A stretch of 64,000 nt of DNA from Callorhinchus milii (Eukaryota), in assembly GCF_018977255.1 (NCBI RefSeq), contig NW_024704743.1:10480001-10544000 (forward strand), in the 5' to 3' direction. The notes under the pieces are model-generated. The model did not search any database and had not been told where the DNA came from. It worked only from the letters and a program-made list of their open reading frames with translations. This document shows positions 1 through 12,892 of the stretch, piece by piece. Both the position numbers and the translations under genes were made by a program. The stretch's first letter is position 1. Each line of letters starts with the position of its first letter.

Positions 1-249
1 ACCTTGAGTGGGAGAAACTCTGTAAGCCTGGCTCAGTTGGTAACACTTTCATCTCTGATGGTCTAAATGCCTCAAAGCCTCTGCTCTTTGGAACTCCAAC
101 CTGGAGTCCCTCCGACTTGCTCCCTCCCTCACCTTGTTCAACTTCCATTTCAAGACATATCTCTTTGACCACGTGTAATTTAGTGATTGTGTATTTTGTA
201 CGTAAACGCAGCAGCTAATTTGCACACAGTAAATTTCCCACAAACGTCC

Positions 250-660
250 ATGAAATGACAAAAGTTGGATGAATGATCAAGATATTCACTCAAGATTGTG
301 GATTCGAGACTTCAGTATAGTACTGAAGGATTGCTGCATTTATGGAGGCTTGGTCCTTATATGAAGTATTAAACTGAGCCTTAGTTTGTTGGTTCAAGTG
401 AACGTTTAAACGATTTCAAAGAACTTCAAGGATTCCTCTCAATATCCAATATTCTTATTGTCCTTATCCAAATACTTCAAAGGGAAAACTGGTTAAATTC
501 TTTTCATTAGAGTTTGTGAATGTTTGCTGGTATGGATTAGCTGCTGCATTCACCTATATAACAGAAGTCACCATATTTCAAAGTATCTCATTTTGTGAAG
601 TGCTTTTGAGATACTTTGAGGGGATATTAGGTCTCTGTCAAATGCAAGTGAAATATAAGA
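250..660 (+). mobile_element. Decayed Deu-domain SINE (SacSINE1/AmnSINE1-like)
   Basis: Degenerate tRNA-like head, body motif 'tggattagctgctgcattcacctatataacag' and 3' end 'aagtgcttttgagatactttgag...aaatgcaag', matching other SINE copies in the window. Confidence 0.6.
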
Positions 661-1789
661 AATGCTGCACCAGAATTGCTATTCCAGTGCTCTTAATTGT
701 TGTCATGGAGACACTGCCCTAAGCAAATGCTCCATTCCATTCTCTCTTCTTGATGGCGTTATATTATTTCACCATTCAGAAGGCTCTTTGTATAACTATA
801 GTATAACAACGATAGCTCTGATCTTATCAAACTGATAAAGAAACAAGTCTCACAAGTCCAAAACTCAACTTTGTGTGGCCTCACAGATCAGTTCAGCAGT
901 TCAGGACTGACTCACTGTCTTTAGCATCCAAAATAGATTAGCCTAGGGCTCACTATGACTCTCACAGCAGGGGCAATCTCAGTTCTAAGCCATGGCATTC
1001 AAGTGGCACAGGAATTTTACAAAGAATTGAAACAGAGAGCGACCATATTGCTTTAATAAGCCTGTCTTTTATTTCATATCCATAAAGAAAAGGCAGAGCA
1101 CAATAGGCAACTCCCGCCTACAGGCTTGACATCAGCAACTTAGCAGTAGGCGTAGTAAAGAAAGGGTAAGGTCGGCACCCTAATGTGGAGAGGACATGCT
1201 TGAAATAAAACTAGTGGAGAATGTGCTGCTGGAATGCAACCATTATATATTTAAATCAAATATACAAACAAACAAAGACATGGCTTCATAATCAGCCCTT
1301 TGTCCCTCAAATTAATTTGAATACCTTTCCGACTGTTTAACTTAAAAAAACGAATATTTTGGCAAAATTGTGAGCGCTGATGTCATCACTGAAATACTAG
1401 CATGGAAACTTTACTGGGCGTGACAGTGTGACGGGACTGAATTAACACACACAATTATAAAGAGTAGACATGGAAGCAGGCTGTGCAGATGACTGTGTCT
1501 ATTGATGCTAATGTGATTAATATGGACTTCAACCAAACTCACTTCCTCATCCATTCCGTTTTGAATTAGCACATCATTTTTTTCTAACAGGACTGGTTAC
1601 CTCAGTCCATTGTCTCCTATGGCTACTGATCCCAATTGATTGCATAAAAACAGTTAAAAACTGTTAATAGTTTATTTGAAAACTGAACATTTAATTAAAT
1701 ATATATAATATACACTCACGCACAAGGACAGATTCTGCATTGAAAGGGTCAGCTATCCAGCGCATAACAAAACCAACAAGCAAGAGTTC

Positions 1790-1930
1790 ACTGGTCTGGA
1801 TCTTGGGCTGTGCTGAATCAGCTAATCTCAGCTATGGAAGCTGTTTGGGTGCTACAATTGGCCCCAGCACTCCAGGAAGGAGAAAATCAACCAAGTTTCG
1901 TGGTCCTGAGCGCTATCCAGGACCTCCAGG
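1790..1930 (+). mobile_element. LF-SINE-like fragment
   Basis: 'gctgtgctgaatcagctaatctcagc...gctacaattggccccagcac...ggagaaaatcaaccaag...cctgagcgctatccag' resembles the LF-SINE body as I recall it; not aligned. Confidence 0.65.
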
Positions 1931-3932
1931 GTGCTCCATCAGTTCTGGATCACTTGCGATCCCTCATGGCTGCCAGAACATGTTCTACCAAGTCTCATGA
2001 ATGAAGAATTTCTTATTTTTTTGGATTAACCAGGCCAGGTAACTGTCACATGCTGAAACCCATCACCATGCTTAAGAGTATCCAAACCAACTGAGAATTT
2101 ACATGTGAGTCTTATCAGTAACTTTACTGGTTAGCAGATCAACTCTAGACCATCTGATCTATCCCCATCTTGGCTGCCAGTCTCATGCACAACCAGTATG
2201 GGTGCTTTAGAGGGCCCAGAAGCAGGAAGCTGCCTGATTTTCCCTTCTGTAACCCTGGAAAGGCTAGAACCAAATTACCTTTCACACACAGCCCCATCTG
2301 AGGCCAGAATACTCATCATAGACCAGCATTTGAGCCAATACATTCCTGGTCCATCAGATGCAGCTCCATCTATTGCACTCCAAGGATTGCAATCTTCAAC
2401 CCCAGCCATAAATCATTAAGAATCCAGCCACCAATATCTTATAAAAAAAACTGTGTTTAAGAACACAACAATTTTGACCCTACAATAATTAATATAGATA
2501 TCAAATCAATAGATTTACTGATCAGGTCTGCTGCCCCTCTCTCCCTCTATGTCAAGGTCCAAGGTGACTCTGACTTGCTCCCTCCCTTCCTTCAATGTAC
2601 TTCTCAAAACATATCTCTTTGACCGTCTCATGCACAACCAGCAGGTAATTCCTCAGATCTGGTACAAAGCCAGAATTGTCAAGTACTTTGAGACGTCTGC
2701 CTGAAATGAAAGGTTCTATCTATATAAGTGTAATTATATTCTATCAATCAGATTAGTTCAGGAAGGGATTGAATAGATTATGTTGTCTGCTGTCCAAGAC
2801 AGCAATTTCAGAGTGGCCTCAGTGACATTTGTCACCGTCCATAATTCGAATGTAATAACTATTTCGTTACATTAAATTATTAAATAAAACATTGCAAAAG
2901 TTGGTTTTGGAGCTTTAAAATATGATTTTAAAGCTCTGAATATTTCAGATTTAAATTCTGAATGATTTCACCCAACATAACACAATTGAGTGCAATGCAA
3001 CTTCCACAGAATACGGTGTCATCCTGGCTCAGTTAGTAGCACTCTCACCTCTGAGTCAGAAGTTTGTGGGTTCAAGCTACAGTTTGTACTTTGAATTTAA
3101 AGAGCTGGCTGACACTCCAATGCAGTGCTGGAAGTGCAAGGATTGTTATTATAAATTTTATGACAAAATAAAACTCAATTATTTTACTTGAAATGTTCTC
3201 AGCTATCAGAACTTCACATTCTGGAAACAATCGTAAAATCAGTGTTGGATATCTTTGCTATCAAGTTGAAAGATATGAACTTTCAAGAGGCTTTTTCTTT
3301 GTGATTCTAACTTAATTCCAAGTTGATTCATTAAAACACTGTCTTAGGCTTCAGTGGCCCTGCTGTTTCACTGTCTGTCAAAACGATCCACAAGCTCAAT
3401 ACAAATGTCTCTCTTTCTCCTCATACCTCTATTTGCTACTGGTCACTTTTGTTTGACTTTTATCTCGATGTGGTTGCTGTTCCATTAGATTGCATTCTAA
3501 GGTGATTAAGTAGTGCTTCTATGTTGCATTGTTGAATGATCCCTCCTCCAGTCTAGTGTCTAGAATGGGTGCCATGTGCTGCAAGAGTTTTTGTTAATTC
3601 TGCTGTCTCCACATCAAAGCTCACTGTGCAAAAGCCACAAAGACTGCAGTATCTCACATTTAGATATTGGGGCCATTGTATACATTTTACAAGATTTATG
3701 CTCTTTGAATACCATGAAGCATTTCTGTGAACTGATCTGTCTGTCTGCAGCGAGATTAGCTGAAGTGATAGCTTGAATAAAATGTTTTATTCTAAAGCCC
3801 TAGCCACAGACTTATCTTCGAAACCCGAGTTTCCCCCCATGCTTGAAAATATTCTCACTGTTAATGATACATTCTGAAGCTTGCAAATTTCAGATTCAGG
3901 TAACCTTCCTGAAAGTTTGAGAATGTGAATTT

Positions 3933-6277
3933 TAGAATCATAGAATCATAGAATTATACAGCACAGAAGGAGGCCATTCATGTCCATGCTGGCTATTTGA
4001 AAAAAGCTACCCAAATCAATCCCACTTCCCTGCTCTCTCCCCATAGCCCTGCAAACCTGCCCTCCCCAAATAATTATCTACTGCTTTCTTAAAGTTGTTA
4101 TCGGGTCAGCTTTCACCACTCTTTCAGGCAATACATTCCAGATCCGAACAATTCGCTGTGTGAAAAAAATTCTCCTCACCTCCCCTCTGTTTCTTTTAAC
4201 AACTATTTTAAATCGCTGTCCTCAGGTTACCGACCCACCCGCCAGTGGAAATAGTTTCTCTTTATTCACCCTATCAAATCCCTTCATAATTTTGAAAACT
4301 TCTATTAAGTCTCCTCTTAACATTCTCTGCTCCAAGGAGAATAATCCTCGCTTCTCTGGCCTCTCCTGATAACTGAAGTCCCCCATTCTTGGTACCTTTC
4401 TGGTAAATATCCTTTGCATCCTCTCCAATGCCTTGACACCCTTACTAAAGTGTGATGCCCAGAACTGAACACAGTATTCTAGCTGAGGCCTAACCAGTGT
4501 TTTATAAAGGTTCATCATAACTTCCTGACTTTTGTATTCTATGCCCCTATTTATAAAGCCTAGTATCCCGTATGGTTTCTTAACAGCTTTATCTGCCTGT
4601 ACTGCCACCTTCAAAGATTTACTTAAATGAACCCTCAGGTCTCTCTGTGCCTTCATCCCCTTTAAGATTGTACCATCAGCTTATATTGCCTCTCCTCATT
4701 CTTCCTCCCAAAATGCATCACTTTGCATTTCTCCACATTAAACTTCATCTGCCACGTGTCTTCCCACTTTACCAGTCTGACTATGTCCCCTTGCAGTCTG
4801 CTACTATCCTCCTCACTGTTTACTACTTCTCCTAGCTTAGTATCATCTGCAAACTTGAAAATTGTAATTCCTGTATCCACGTCCAGGGTGGATTGAAAGA
4901 TTGTGGTGAGAGCCTTTGTTATTTCCATTCTTACTTCCCTCAGTAACTTAGGATGCATTCTGTCCGGACCGGATGACTTATCTACCTTGAGCACCGTCAA
5001 CTTTTTAGAACCCCCTCTTGGTTTATTCTTATCTTATCCAATTTCACTACGCTCTCCTCCGATACTGTGGCATTGGCTGCATCCTCTTCTGTTGTGAAGG
5101 CAGATGCAAAGTACTCATTCAGTACGTCAGCCATGCTCTCTACCTCCACAAGAAGATTTTCTCATTGGTCCCTAATTGGACCCACCCTACCTTTAACTTA
5201 GCTTTTACTCTTTATATGCTAATAAATACATTAGGGTTCTCTTTTGTGTTACCTGCTAATCTTTTCTCATACAATCTCTTTGCTACTCTTATTTCCATTT
5301 TCAGTTCTCCTCTGTACTTTCTATATTCTATTTGATTATCTTCTGTATTTTGGTTCTGACATTTATCAGAAGCCTCCTTTTTCTGTTTTATTTTAATCCC
5401 AATTTCCTTATTCATCTAGGGACGTTTGGATGCTCTACCTTTCCCCTTTGTGGGAATGTATTTGCTCTGTCTCTGAACTATCTCCTCCTTGAAGGCTTCC
5501 CATTGCTTATTAGCTGTTCTATCTGCTAATTTTTCTTTACAGTCCACCTTGGTTAGGTCCCTTTTTAACTCACTGAAATTAGTCCTCTTCCAGTTCAGTA
5601 TCTTCACCTTTGATTGCTCCTTGTCCCTTTCCATAAATAATCTAAACCTAAAGATGTTGTGATCACTGTTGTCCACGTGGTCTCCTGCTGAACCCTACCC
5701 CACTTGCTCCACTTCATTCCACAGAACTAGATCCAGCACTGGTTCCTTCCTTGTTGGGCTGGAAACATACTGATCCAGAAAGTTATCCTGCACACAATTC
5801 AGGAATCCTTCCCTCTCCTTGCCCGTTACACTATTATTTTGCCAGTCTATGTTAGCATTATTGAAGTCCCCCATTATCACTTCTCTAACGGTTTTGCATC
5901 TCTCCAAAATCTGTTTGCAGATTTGCTCATCTATCATCTTCCCACTACTTGGTGGTCTATAGTAAACACCTAACAGAGTAACAGCTCCTTTTCTGCTCCT
6001 TAACTCTAACCAAATTGATTCTGATTTTGGACCCTCTAGCACATCATCCCTTTTTAGGGCCGTAACAATGTCTTTAATCAATATTGACACCCCCTTCCTT
6101 TTTTTCCTTCCCTATCCCTCCTGAATACATTGTAGCTAGGAATATTCAGCTCTCATTCCTGCCCTTGTTTGAGCCAGGTCTCTGTTATTGCCACTACATC
6201 ATAACCCCATAAGGCAACTTGAGCCACAGCTCACCAATCTTATTTGTCACACTCTGTGAATTTAGGCACATGCACTC
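3933..6277 (-). mobile_element. CR1 LINE ORF2 (APE endonuclease plus partial RT), decayed, with internal RT deletion
   Basis: ORF track gives CR1-type peptides: GVYYRPP, IMGDFN, LDLVL (5695-6090), KFADDTKLG (4662-5000), LYKTLVRPQLEYCVQFW (4222-4656). The (TAGAATCA)n tail lies at about 3933-3955. Confidence 0.93.
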
Positions 6278-7902
6278 CAAAACCAACTGAGTTTGCTTTG
6301 TATTTCTCCCCATTTAATCCCTCCTTTTTCTGCACTGCTTCTTATTACATTGACCGCCTGCTCCATGACCGCCTCTCCTCCACTTTCAACTCCCTCATCC
6401 CCCTGAAATCCAGGACCATTTCCAAACCCACGCGATCTCCCTGGTACAACAACCATCTCCGTTGCCAAAAAACCCAAACCTGACTGCTTGAGTGCAGATG
6501 GCAGAAAACTGGCCTGACAGTTCACTGCCAACTGTGGCTCGAGCATCTCCACAGCTACCACCGTTCTTTGACACGCGCAAAACGGCTTCCTACTCCAACA
6601 TCATCTTGGAGGCTAAACACAAATCTAAAATTCTTTTTTCTACCTCCCACTACCTCCTCCGTGCCCCCCCTCTGGCCTCCTCAATCTTTGTATCAAATGC
6701 CAAGTGCGAGGAGGTCATGGACTTCTTTTCAATTAAAATACTGAACATCCGCCATGCAGCCTCATCCACCTGCCCCTTATCACCCACCACCACACCCTCT
6801 CTGTCCCCCTCACCCTCCTTATCATCTGTTCCTACCACCATCCCCTTTCTACACTCTTTCCTCCCCATCTCTCACTCCTCCCTCTCACCCACCATCACCT
6901 CCATGAAACCCACCACCTGCTGCCTCGACGCCCTCCCCACCAACTTACTGGTCACACAGCTCCCCTTCCTCTGCCCACTACTGGCTGACATTATCAACCA
7001 GTCCCTCTCCTCTGGATCAGTCCCTGCCTCCCTCAAAACTGCTGTCATCAAACACCTCCTGAAAAATCCCTCCCTGGATCCCTCAAACCCCAGCCATTAC
7101 CGTCCTATTTCTAACCTGCCCTTCCTCCCTCTCAAAAGTTCTGGAATGCATTGTTGCAAACCAACTCCGTGTACACCTCTCCTCCCATTCCCTCTTCAAA
7201 CCCCTCCTGTCCAGTTTCCGCCCTGCCCACAGTACAGAGACTGCGCTTGTGAAAGTCACAAATGACATCCTCTCTATCTGTGACCAGGGTTCCCTCTGCC
7301 TCCTTGTCCTCCTGGACCTCTCCGCTGCGTTCAACACAGTCAATCACGCCATCCTCCTCCACTGCCTTTCCTCCGTCAACCACCTCAGTGGGACCGCATT
7401 CGAGTCCTACCTCACAAACCACCAGCAGTACATCTGCATAAACGGCTTTTCCTCCGGCTCTCACCCAGTCACCTGCGGGTATCCATCCTAGGCCCCCTCC
7501 TCTTTCTGATCTACGTGCTCCCTCTTGGGGATGTCATCCACAAACATGGCGTATATTTCCTACCTCGCTGATCTCCTCTCTCCTCAGTACAGTACCCGTT
7601 GCTTTCGTTCCTCCTGGGTCTGGTCTCCTCCTTGTCCCCCGAGTCCTCCTCTCCACCCTCGGCGGCCATGGCTTCAGCCACTATGCCCCGAGGCTCTGGA
7701 ACTGCCTTCCGCACTCCTTTCATCTTGCTCCCTCCCTTCCCATTTTCAGGTCTCTGCTGAAGACCTTTCTTTTCGACCGCGCCTTTGGTCACCTTCCCAC
7801 CCCTCCCCCTGGCTCGGTTCCAGCATCCTAAACTATAAAGCACTCTGAGATTCTGTCCGGCATGGAGGGTGCTATAAAAATCCAAGTTTTTGTTGTTGTT
7901 GT
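6278..7902 (+). mobile_element. L2 LINE, decayed with internal deletions, nested in a CR1
   Basis: L2 ORF2 motifs [24 protein letters not shown]; 3' end 'ggagggtgctataaaaatccaag' followed by (TTG)n. Confidence 0.9.
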
Positions 7903-8330
7903 AGGATCCTAGGCCTTTTTTCCCTGCATCATGCATCCTAACATGGACCATGACTTCTGAATGTTCTGCTTCCCCTGTAGAATGTTTGGCACCCGTTCTA
8001 TTATGTCTTCAACCCTGGCACCAGGGAGGCAACATACCATGCGAGAGTCATGATTTAGGTTGCAGAAACGTCTGTCTACTCCTTTCACCATTGTGTCCCC
8101 AATGACATTGCATTGACGTTATTCCCTGTGTCGCCATGTGCATTCATTTGTTTTTGAATTCTCTGCCCACAGATGTCATTTACCCTAACCGGTTTACATT
8201 ACAGAGTACCAGTTTGTGAGTGCCACACTCTCAGGGGATTTCTACACTGCCCCATCCCCTCTTCCTAACATGCTGGGTGTTCACCCACTCATTGACTTGG
8301 TTGCCTGTTTACATATAAGTTTGCCTCTAC
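7903..8330 (-). mobile_element. CR1 ORF1 esterase (SGNH-like) fragment; probable 5' part of the CR1 at 3933-6277
   Basis: Peptide VKGVDRRFC...RMVCCLPGARVEDI is typical of CR1 ORF1 esterase; same strand as, and in the expected order with, the ORF2 on the other side of the L2. Confidence 0.8.
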
Positions 8331-8356
8331 TTCAAGAAAGATTCACCAGTCATAAA

Positions 8357-8674
8357 ATAATAATAATAATCCTTGCATTTGATATAGCGCTTTTCACGTC
8401 AGGAGGACGTCCCAAAGCGCTTCACAGAACACACTGTAAAGTGAATTGACTGTATATTTGTGGGCGAACGCGGCAGCCAATTGCGCACAGTAATGTCCCA
8501 CAAACAGTCGTAGATTGAAAATGACCAATTTTATTATTGTTTTGGGTTTTGGAGGGAATATTATTAGGCGTGTGGAGTAAGGAAACTTGCCCAAGGTTTC
8601 GCCCTCTGCCTGGAATTGAACTCAGGTCTCCCACTTGCAAAATGAGTGCTCTAACCACTGAGCTACAGGACTCC
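8357..8674 (-). mobile_element. Young tRNA-headed SINE, short form, full length
   Basis: Minus strand: GGAGTCCTGTAGCTCAGTGGTTAGAGCA (A box), TTGCAA loop, GAGTTCAATTCC (B box), Deu-like body, L2-like 3' end, (TTA)n tail. Near-identical to the copies at 14290 and 61158. Confidence 0.9.
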
Positions 8675-11600
8675 ATCTCCTGAATGAAAGAATTCTCTCT
8701 TGCTCTCTAATATCTCTCTTGCAGAAGAATTCCCTCTCTCACCAAATTACTCAACAGAATTCTCACCCTTTTCCACCTCACGCAGTTCCCTCCTCATGCT
8801 GGGGGCTCTCTGCTCAAGTATTTTTGCTATTTTTCCTGTTTTTTATTCTTCACAGTTTTGCAAATACTTCAGACACAAGCTACAGCTGGGATTTACTCCA
8901 CTATGATGCTAGGGTACTTACTGAAACACAAAATAGAGCTTGAATGTATTCCCTCTGCTCCTTGATACAATACAGTCTGGGCAATAGTACATGGTTTTCC
9001 ACCAAAACATAATGATCTTTTTCTGAGTCACATGGACACTTGGTGATGCCCCAGTTTGATCCCTTTAATGTTCTGGGTTTGCTGAAGACAGCCAGCCAAG
9101 GTGTCAATTAAGAGAGCTACAATTAGCCTCAGTGTGTCTGATCTAAAAATAGAGAAATAACTTAGATTCATCTTGTTGATTCTTACCCAAGTCATTCACG
9201 CTGGAAATGACAGGTAGTTAACAACCAGTCTGACCTATAAGGATGTCCTATGAACAAATAATCTGCATGCACTTGTTTTCCAGGCTGGCTGTAGCTTAGA
9301 CTACAAACTCAAATTCCGACTTGCAGCCTGAACCCACAATCTTCTGACCACGGGTACTATTATACCGACTGAGCTGGGTTAACCTGTGTGCGCGGGTGTA
9401 TTTGTGTGTGTGTGCAGTGTAGTAACTAGGGCTTTAGATACGTCATAATTGCACTAAAGGAAGCCTATAACAGGTTGACAACAATTGTGTAATTTTCTCC
9501 AGATTAGCAATATAGTTGTAAAACATTTTTTGAGTACATTGGTGCTGATTAATATGAGTGTTAGAAAATAGGAACAAGAAGAGGCTATCAGCCGTCAAGC
9601 TTGTTACACCTTGGCAGATGTTTTATTTCCAAAGTCCAGTCCTTTAGCAATATCCCTTAATATCTCTACTATTCAACTGTCTGCCTATTTCTCTTTTAAA
9701 CATCCCTATCGATCGATTCTGTCTCTATAATTCCCAGGGGCTGTGCATCTCACAACCCTGTGTGAAGAAATGGCTCCTGATTTCATTTCTAATTGTCTAG
9801 GTTCTGATTTTATGTCTATTATTCCCTTGTGACAGATGCGTCCAGCACAACTAGCTGCAGATCTCAGTGTCAGCCTCAAGAATATTCAAATCAGAATATA
9901 GAAATGCAGCATAATGCTTCTGCACCTTTCCTGCAATCACAAACTCAAAAGCACAGTCTAATCTTTTGATCACTCACAGCAGCTAATGGTCTGCATGAGT
10001 GGGATTGCTGATGTACTACTGAGTATTGTCTAAATATGAAGAATGTTGCCCTTGTCGGTTCAGTTCAGTTAAGCAGTGTGCCCTACGGCGTTTAATTTGG
10101 GATCCCTTTAACATTTGGCAGTCCATTAGTTCAGGCTGTATTTGAACTATTGTACAGAGCTGATTATCCACACTAATTCAGACCGGGTGCGAACACAGTG
10201 ACTTTGGCGTGATGGTTTGGCACAAAGTCGGCTAAAATCTCTGACCAATGCCGCTATGGCTACTTGTGAGGAATTGCTGTATGGAAATTGACTGCTAAGT
10301 TTGCCTACAAATATCCAGTCACTCCTCTTAAAATCCTCTAAAGTGCTTTCAGACATTCCAACAGCATCACAAGTCATGCATGACAGCATGACACTGCACC
10401 AAAAGCAAGGATTTTTACTATTATCTTAGTTCCCGCCAATGGCAGCCATTTGTAGGGCATGCCTAACCCTAACCCTAACCCAAGACTCCCTTTCCAACCC
10501 CAAACCTCCAATCCAGCCTGAGCAGATGTCATGGAGCATAGGTCTTAAGAGTTGTCTTGAAATACATCTAAAATCATCTCCTATTTTCCCTGATGAAACA
10601 GTTTAATTTGCAAAGAACTTCTTCCAGTGTCCAAACAGCAGGCATGTTTATAGCCAGTGTTTATACTCCACATAAGAATACTCCACACCACTTATTCCCC
10701 CCTATTTCCGTTTTTCCTCATGTAAGTATTGAGTTTTCTCTGTAATACATTGATGATATTTGTTTCAGCCAGTGAGTTCCACATTTGCACCAATGCCACT
10801 GTGCATTCTCAAATGTCTCGCATTCTCTGCGTGAAGAAGTTCCTCCTAAACGTCTATTAGATCTCCTATTAGCTCACTTATGTTTTCGCCCTCTAGTTTT
10901 GGACTCTTTAAAAAGTGGAAACATGCACCTTATAGAATTGTTTTACAATCTTAAACAATTCTATCAGATCCACTCTCACTCATGCCGTAAAAGCAGAGAA
11001 AAAAAATTGTTAATTGCGTTGAAAAAGCTGAGACGAGAAAGTAATCATTATTGAACACAGCAGCCTTGTTGGAGAGCAAGCGGGTGAATTGACATCTGCA
11101 AGAAATGTTTCTGTTACAGGATTGATGACAATGACCTTTCCAAATGTCTCTGCCTGTATCTTTGTTACAATGCAAGCATCATTTCCTTACACCCCAAAGC
11201 ACAGTGGCATTGACAATGTGCATTAACAGGAGTATTTGGCCCATGTTAGCACATTGGCAAAGTCACTACACTTTGCAGCACAAGGAATCTCTCAGATGAG
11301 TGTCTTTGGTTAATTACTGTGGTATGTAATGGAGCAAGTTCAGTCTTTGGGCTGTTTACTTGATGGTATGTGCATCAAGCCATGTCTTCATGCTGAGGTG
11401 GGTGGTCAAGGGACAATTGGAGCAATGATGGGAATATAAGGAAGCTTAAAAGAAGCAAAGGCTGCCTCATTATCCATGTCTGCTGCAAATGTTTTTAGTC
11501 TTTTTACATCTGGGACACTAATAAGATTAAAACACAATCTGCTCTAGTCTGTGTTGCCTTGGAGATGACGGGAATTAAAAAATCATTACATCCTGTGCTT

Positions 11601-12676
11601 AGGATAATCCTTTCTCTTGCTCTCACATTATTAAGTCTGCGCATCATGAAATTTAAAAGGAAGAAGTTGAATCTTTATAGCACTTAATCATGTCAAAACT
11701 GCTCGAAGCACTCCAGCAGTACTTTTAGCACAGTGACCATTTGTGTAGGAAAATGCGGCCGTCATTTGTTCCAACAAATGTACAACAACAACAACAATGT
11801 GCACTTATGCAGTGCCTTTCCTGTATGATAATGTCACTAAGCGCTTCACAAAGATGCTGTGGAAAACTGACCAACCTAGGACATTGGGTAACAAACAAGC
11901 TACAACTATTTCAAAACTTCGCTACCCGCATCCTCACCAGCACCAATCTCCACAAAACCCACCTCTTCTCCAGTGCCTATGGCCACCTCGCATCTTTCCT
12001 CCTCTCCCCTACTTGGTATCTGACCCCATCACTATACAGTGCTCCGAAACTCTAATTTACCTGAAGCAAGTTATATAAATGGAAGTTGTTGTTGGATAGA
12101 GGATGGGAGCAAACTGACCCTAACTTTAGTTCAGAAGCAAATTTCAAAACGGGAAGGGAGAAATGGAGGTGGATGGATTTGGGGAGAATGTAGGTTTTTT
12201 CAGAGTTAGGTTTTGCGGAGTTTGATACAGGTGAGGGTACGGGTGGAAAAGTCTTGAATGAATTGTAGTTTGTTTGTTACCCAATGTCCCAGTTTGGTCA
12301 GTTTTCCACAGCATCTTTGGCTGAAAGTTTGGCTGCCAATAATGGGGCAGAGAGAAGGAGAAATGTGCAGTGGGCCTGAGTCTGTAACGAAATACATCTA
12401 AAATCATCTCCTATTTTCTTCATGATGGTAGAATCCTATCGATTACAGATGATACCAAAGCTTACTCTGGCTGATGTAAAACAGTAACACTACTAAATCT
12501 AGCCTGTAGTATGGAGTACATCTGCTGAGCCTGTTTAACCCTTGGAAGTTTATTGCAGCTTCAGTTTACATAAAGCAGTATACAACCATTAACGTGCCAT
12601 TTGATATCAGTGACCCCCCTCCCCCAACATGAACCAGCGTTGCGTGTGCTTCATTTATTTAGTCAATAATGTACTG

Positions 12677-12892
12677 GTCTCAAGACCTTTCTCTTTGACT
12701 GTGCCTTCAGCTCCCCTCTCAACTCTCTACCCCCTCCTCGCTCCCTCCCTCCCTCCCCTCCCCTCGCCCTGACCATTTCCCCCCTGCTCGAGTCCTGACC
12801 CAACTGTCCAGTGCCTTGGGACGTCCTCCCGACGTGAAAGGCGCTCTATAAATGGAATCTTGTTGTTGTTATTGTTGTTGTTGTTGTTGCTG
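12677..12892 (+). mobile_element. L2 3' end, young family, 5'-truncated
   Basis: Nearly the same 3'UTR as the copies at 23873/26183/28497, ending 'gggacgtcctcccgacgtgaaaggcgctctataaatggaatc' + (TTG)n. Confidence 0.9.

Noticed and set aside
1124..1171. 42-nt plus-strand exon (LDISNLAVGVVKK) with a GTAAGG donor
   Set aside because: The upstream region is purine-rich with a poor acceptor tract, and local strand bias favours a minus-strand transcript; not excluded but unsupported.
8600..8674. Functional tRNA-Ala gene
   Set aside because: The acceptor stem does not pair properly and the sequence continues into a SINE body and tail; it is multi-copy in the window.
10462..10481. Interstitial telomere
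   Set aside because: Only about three CCCTAA units, too short to interpret.
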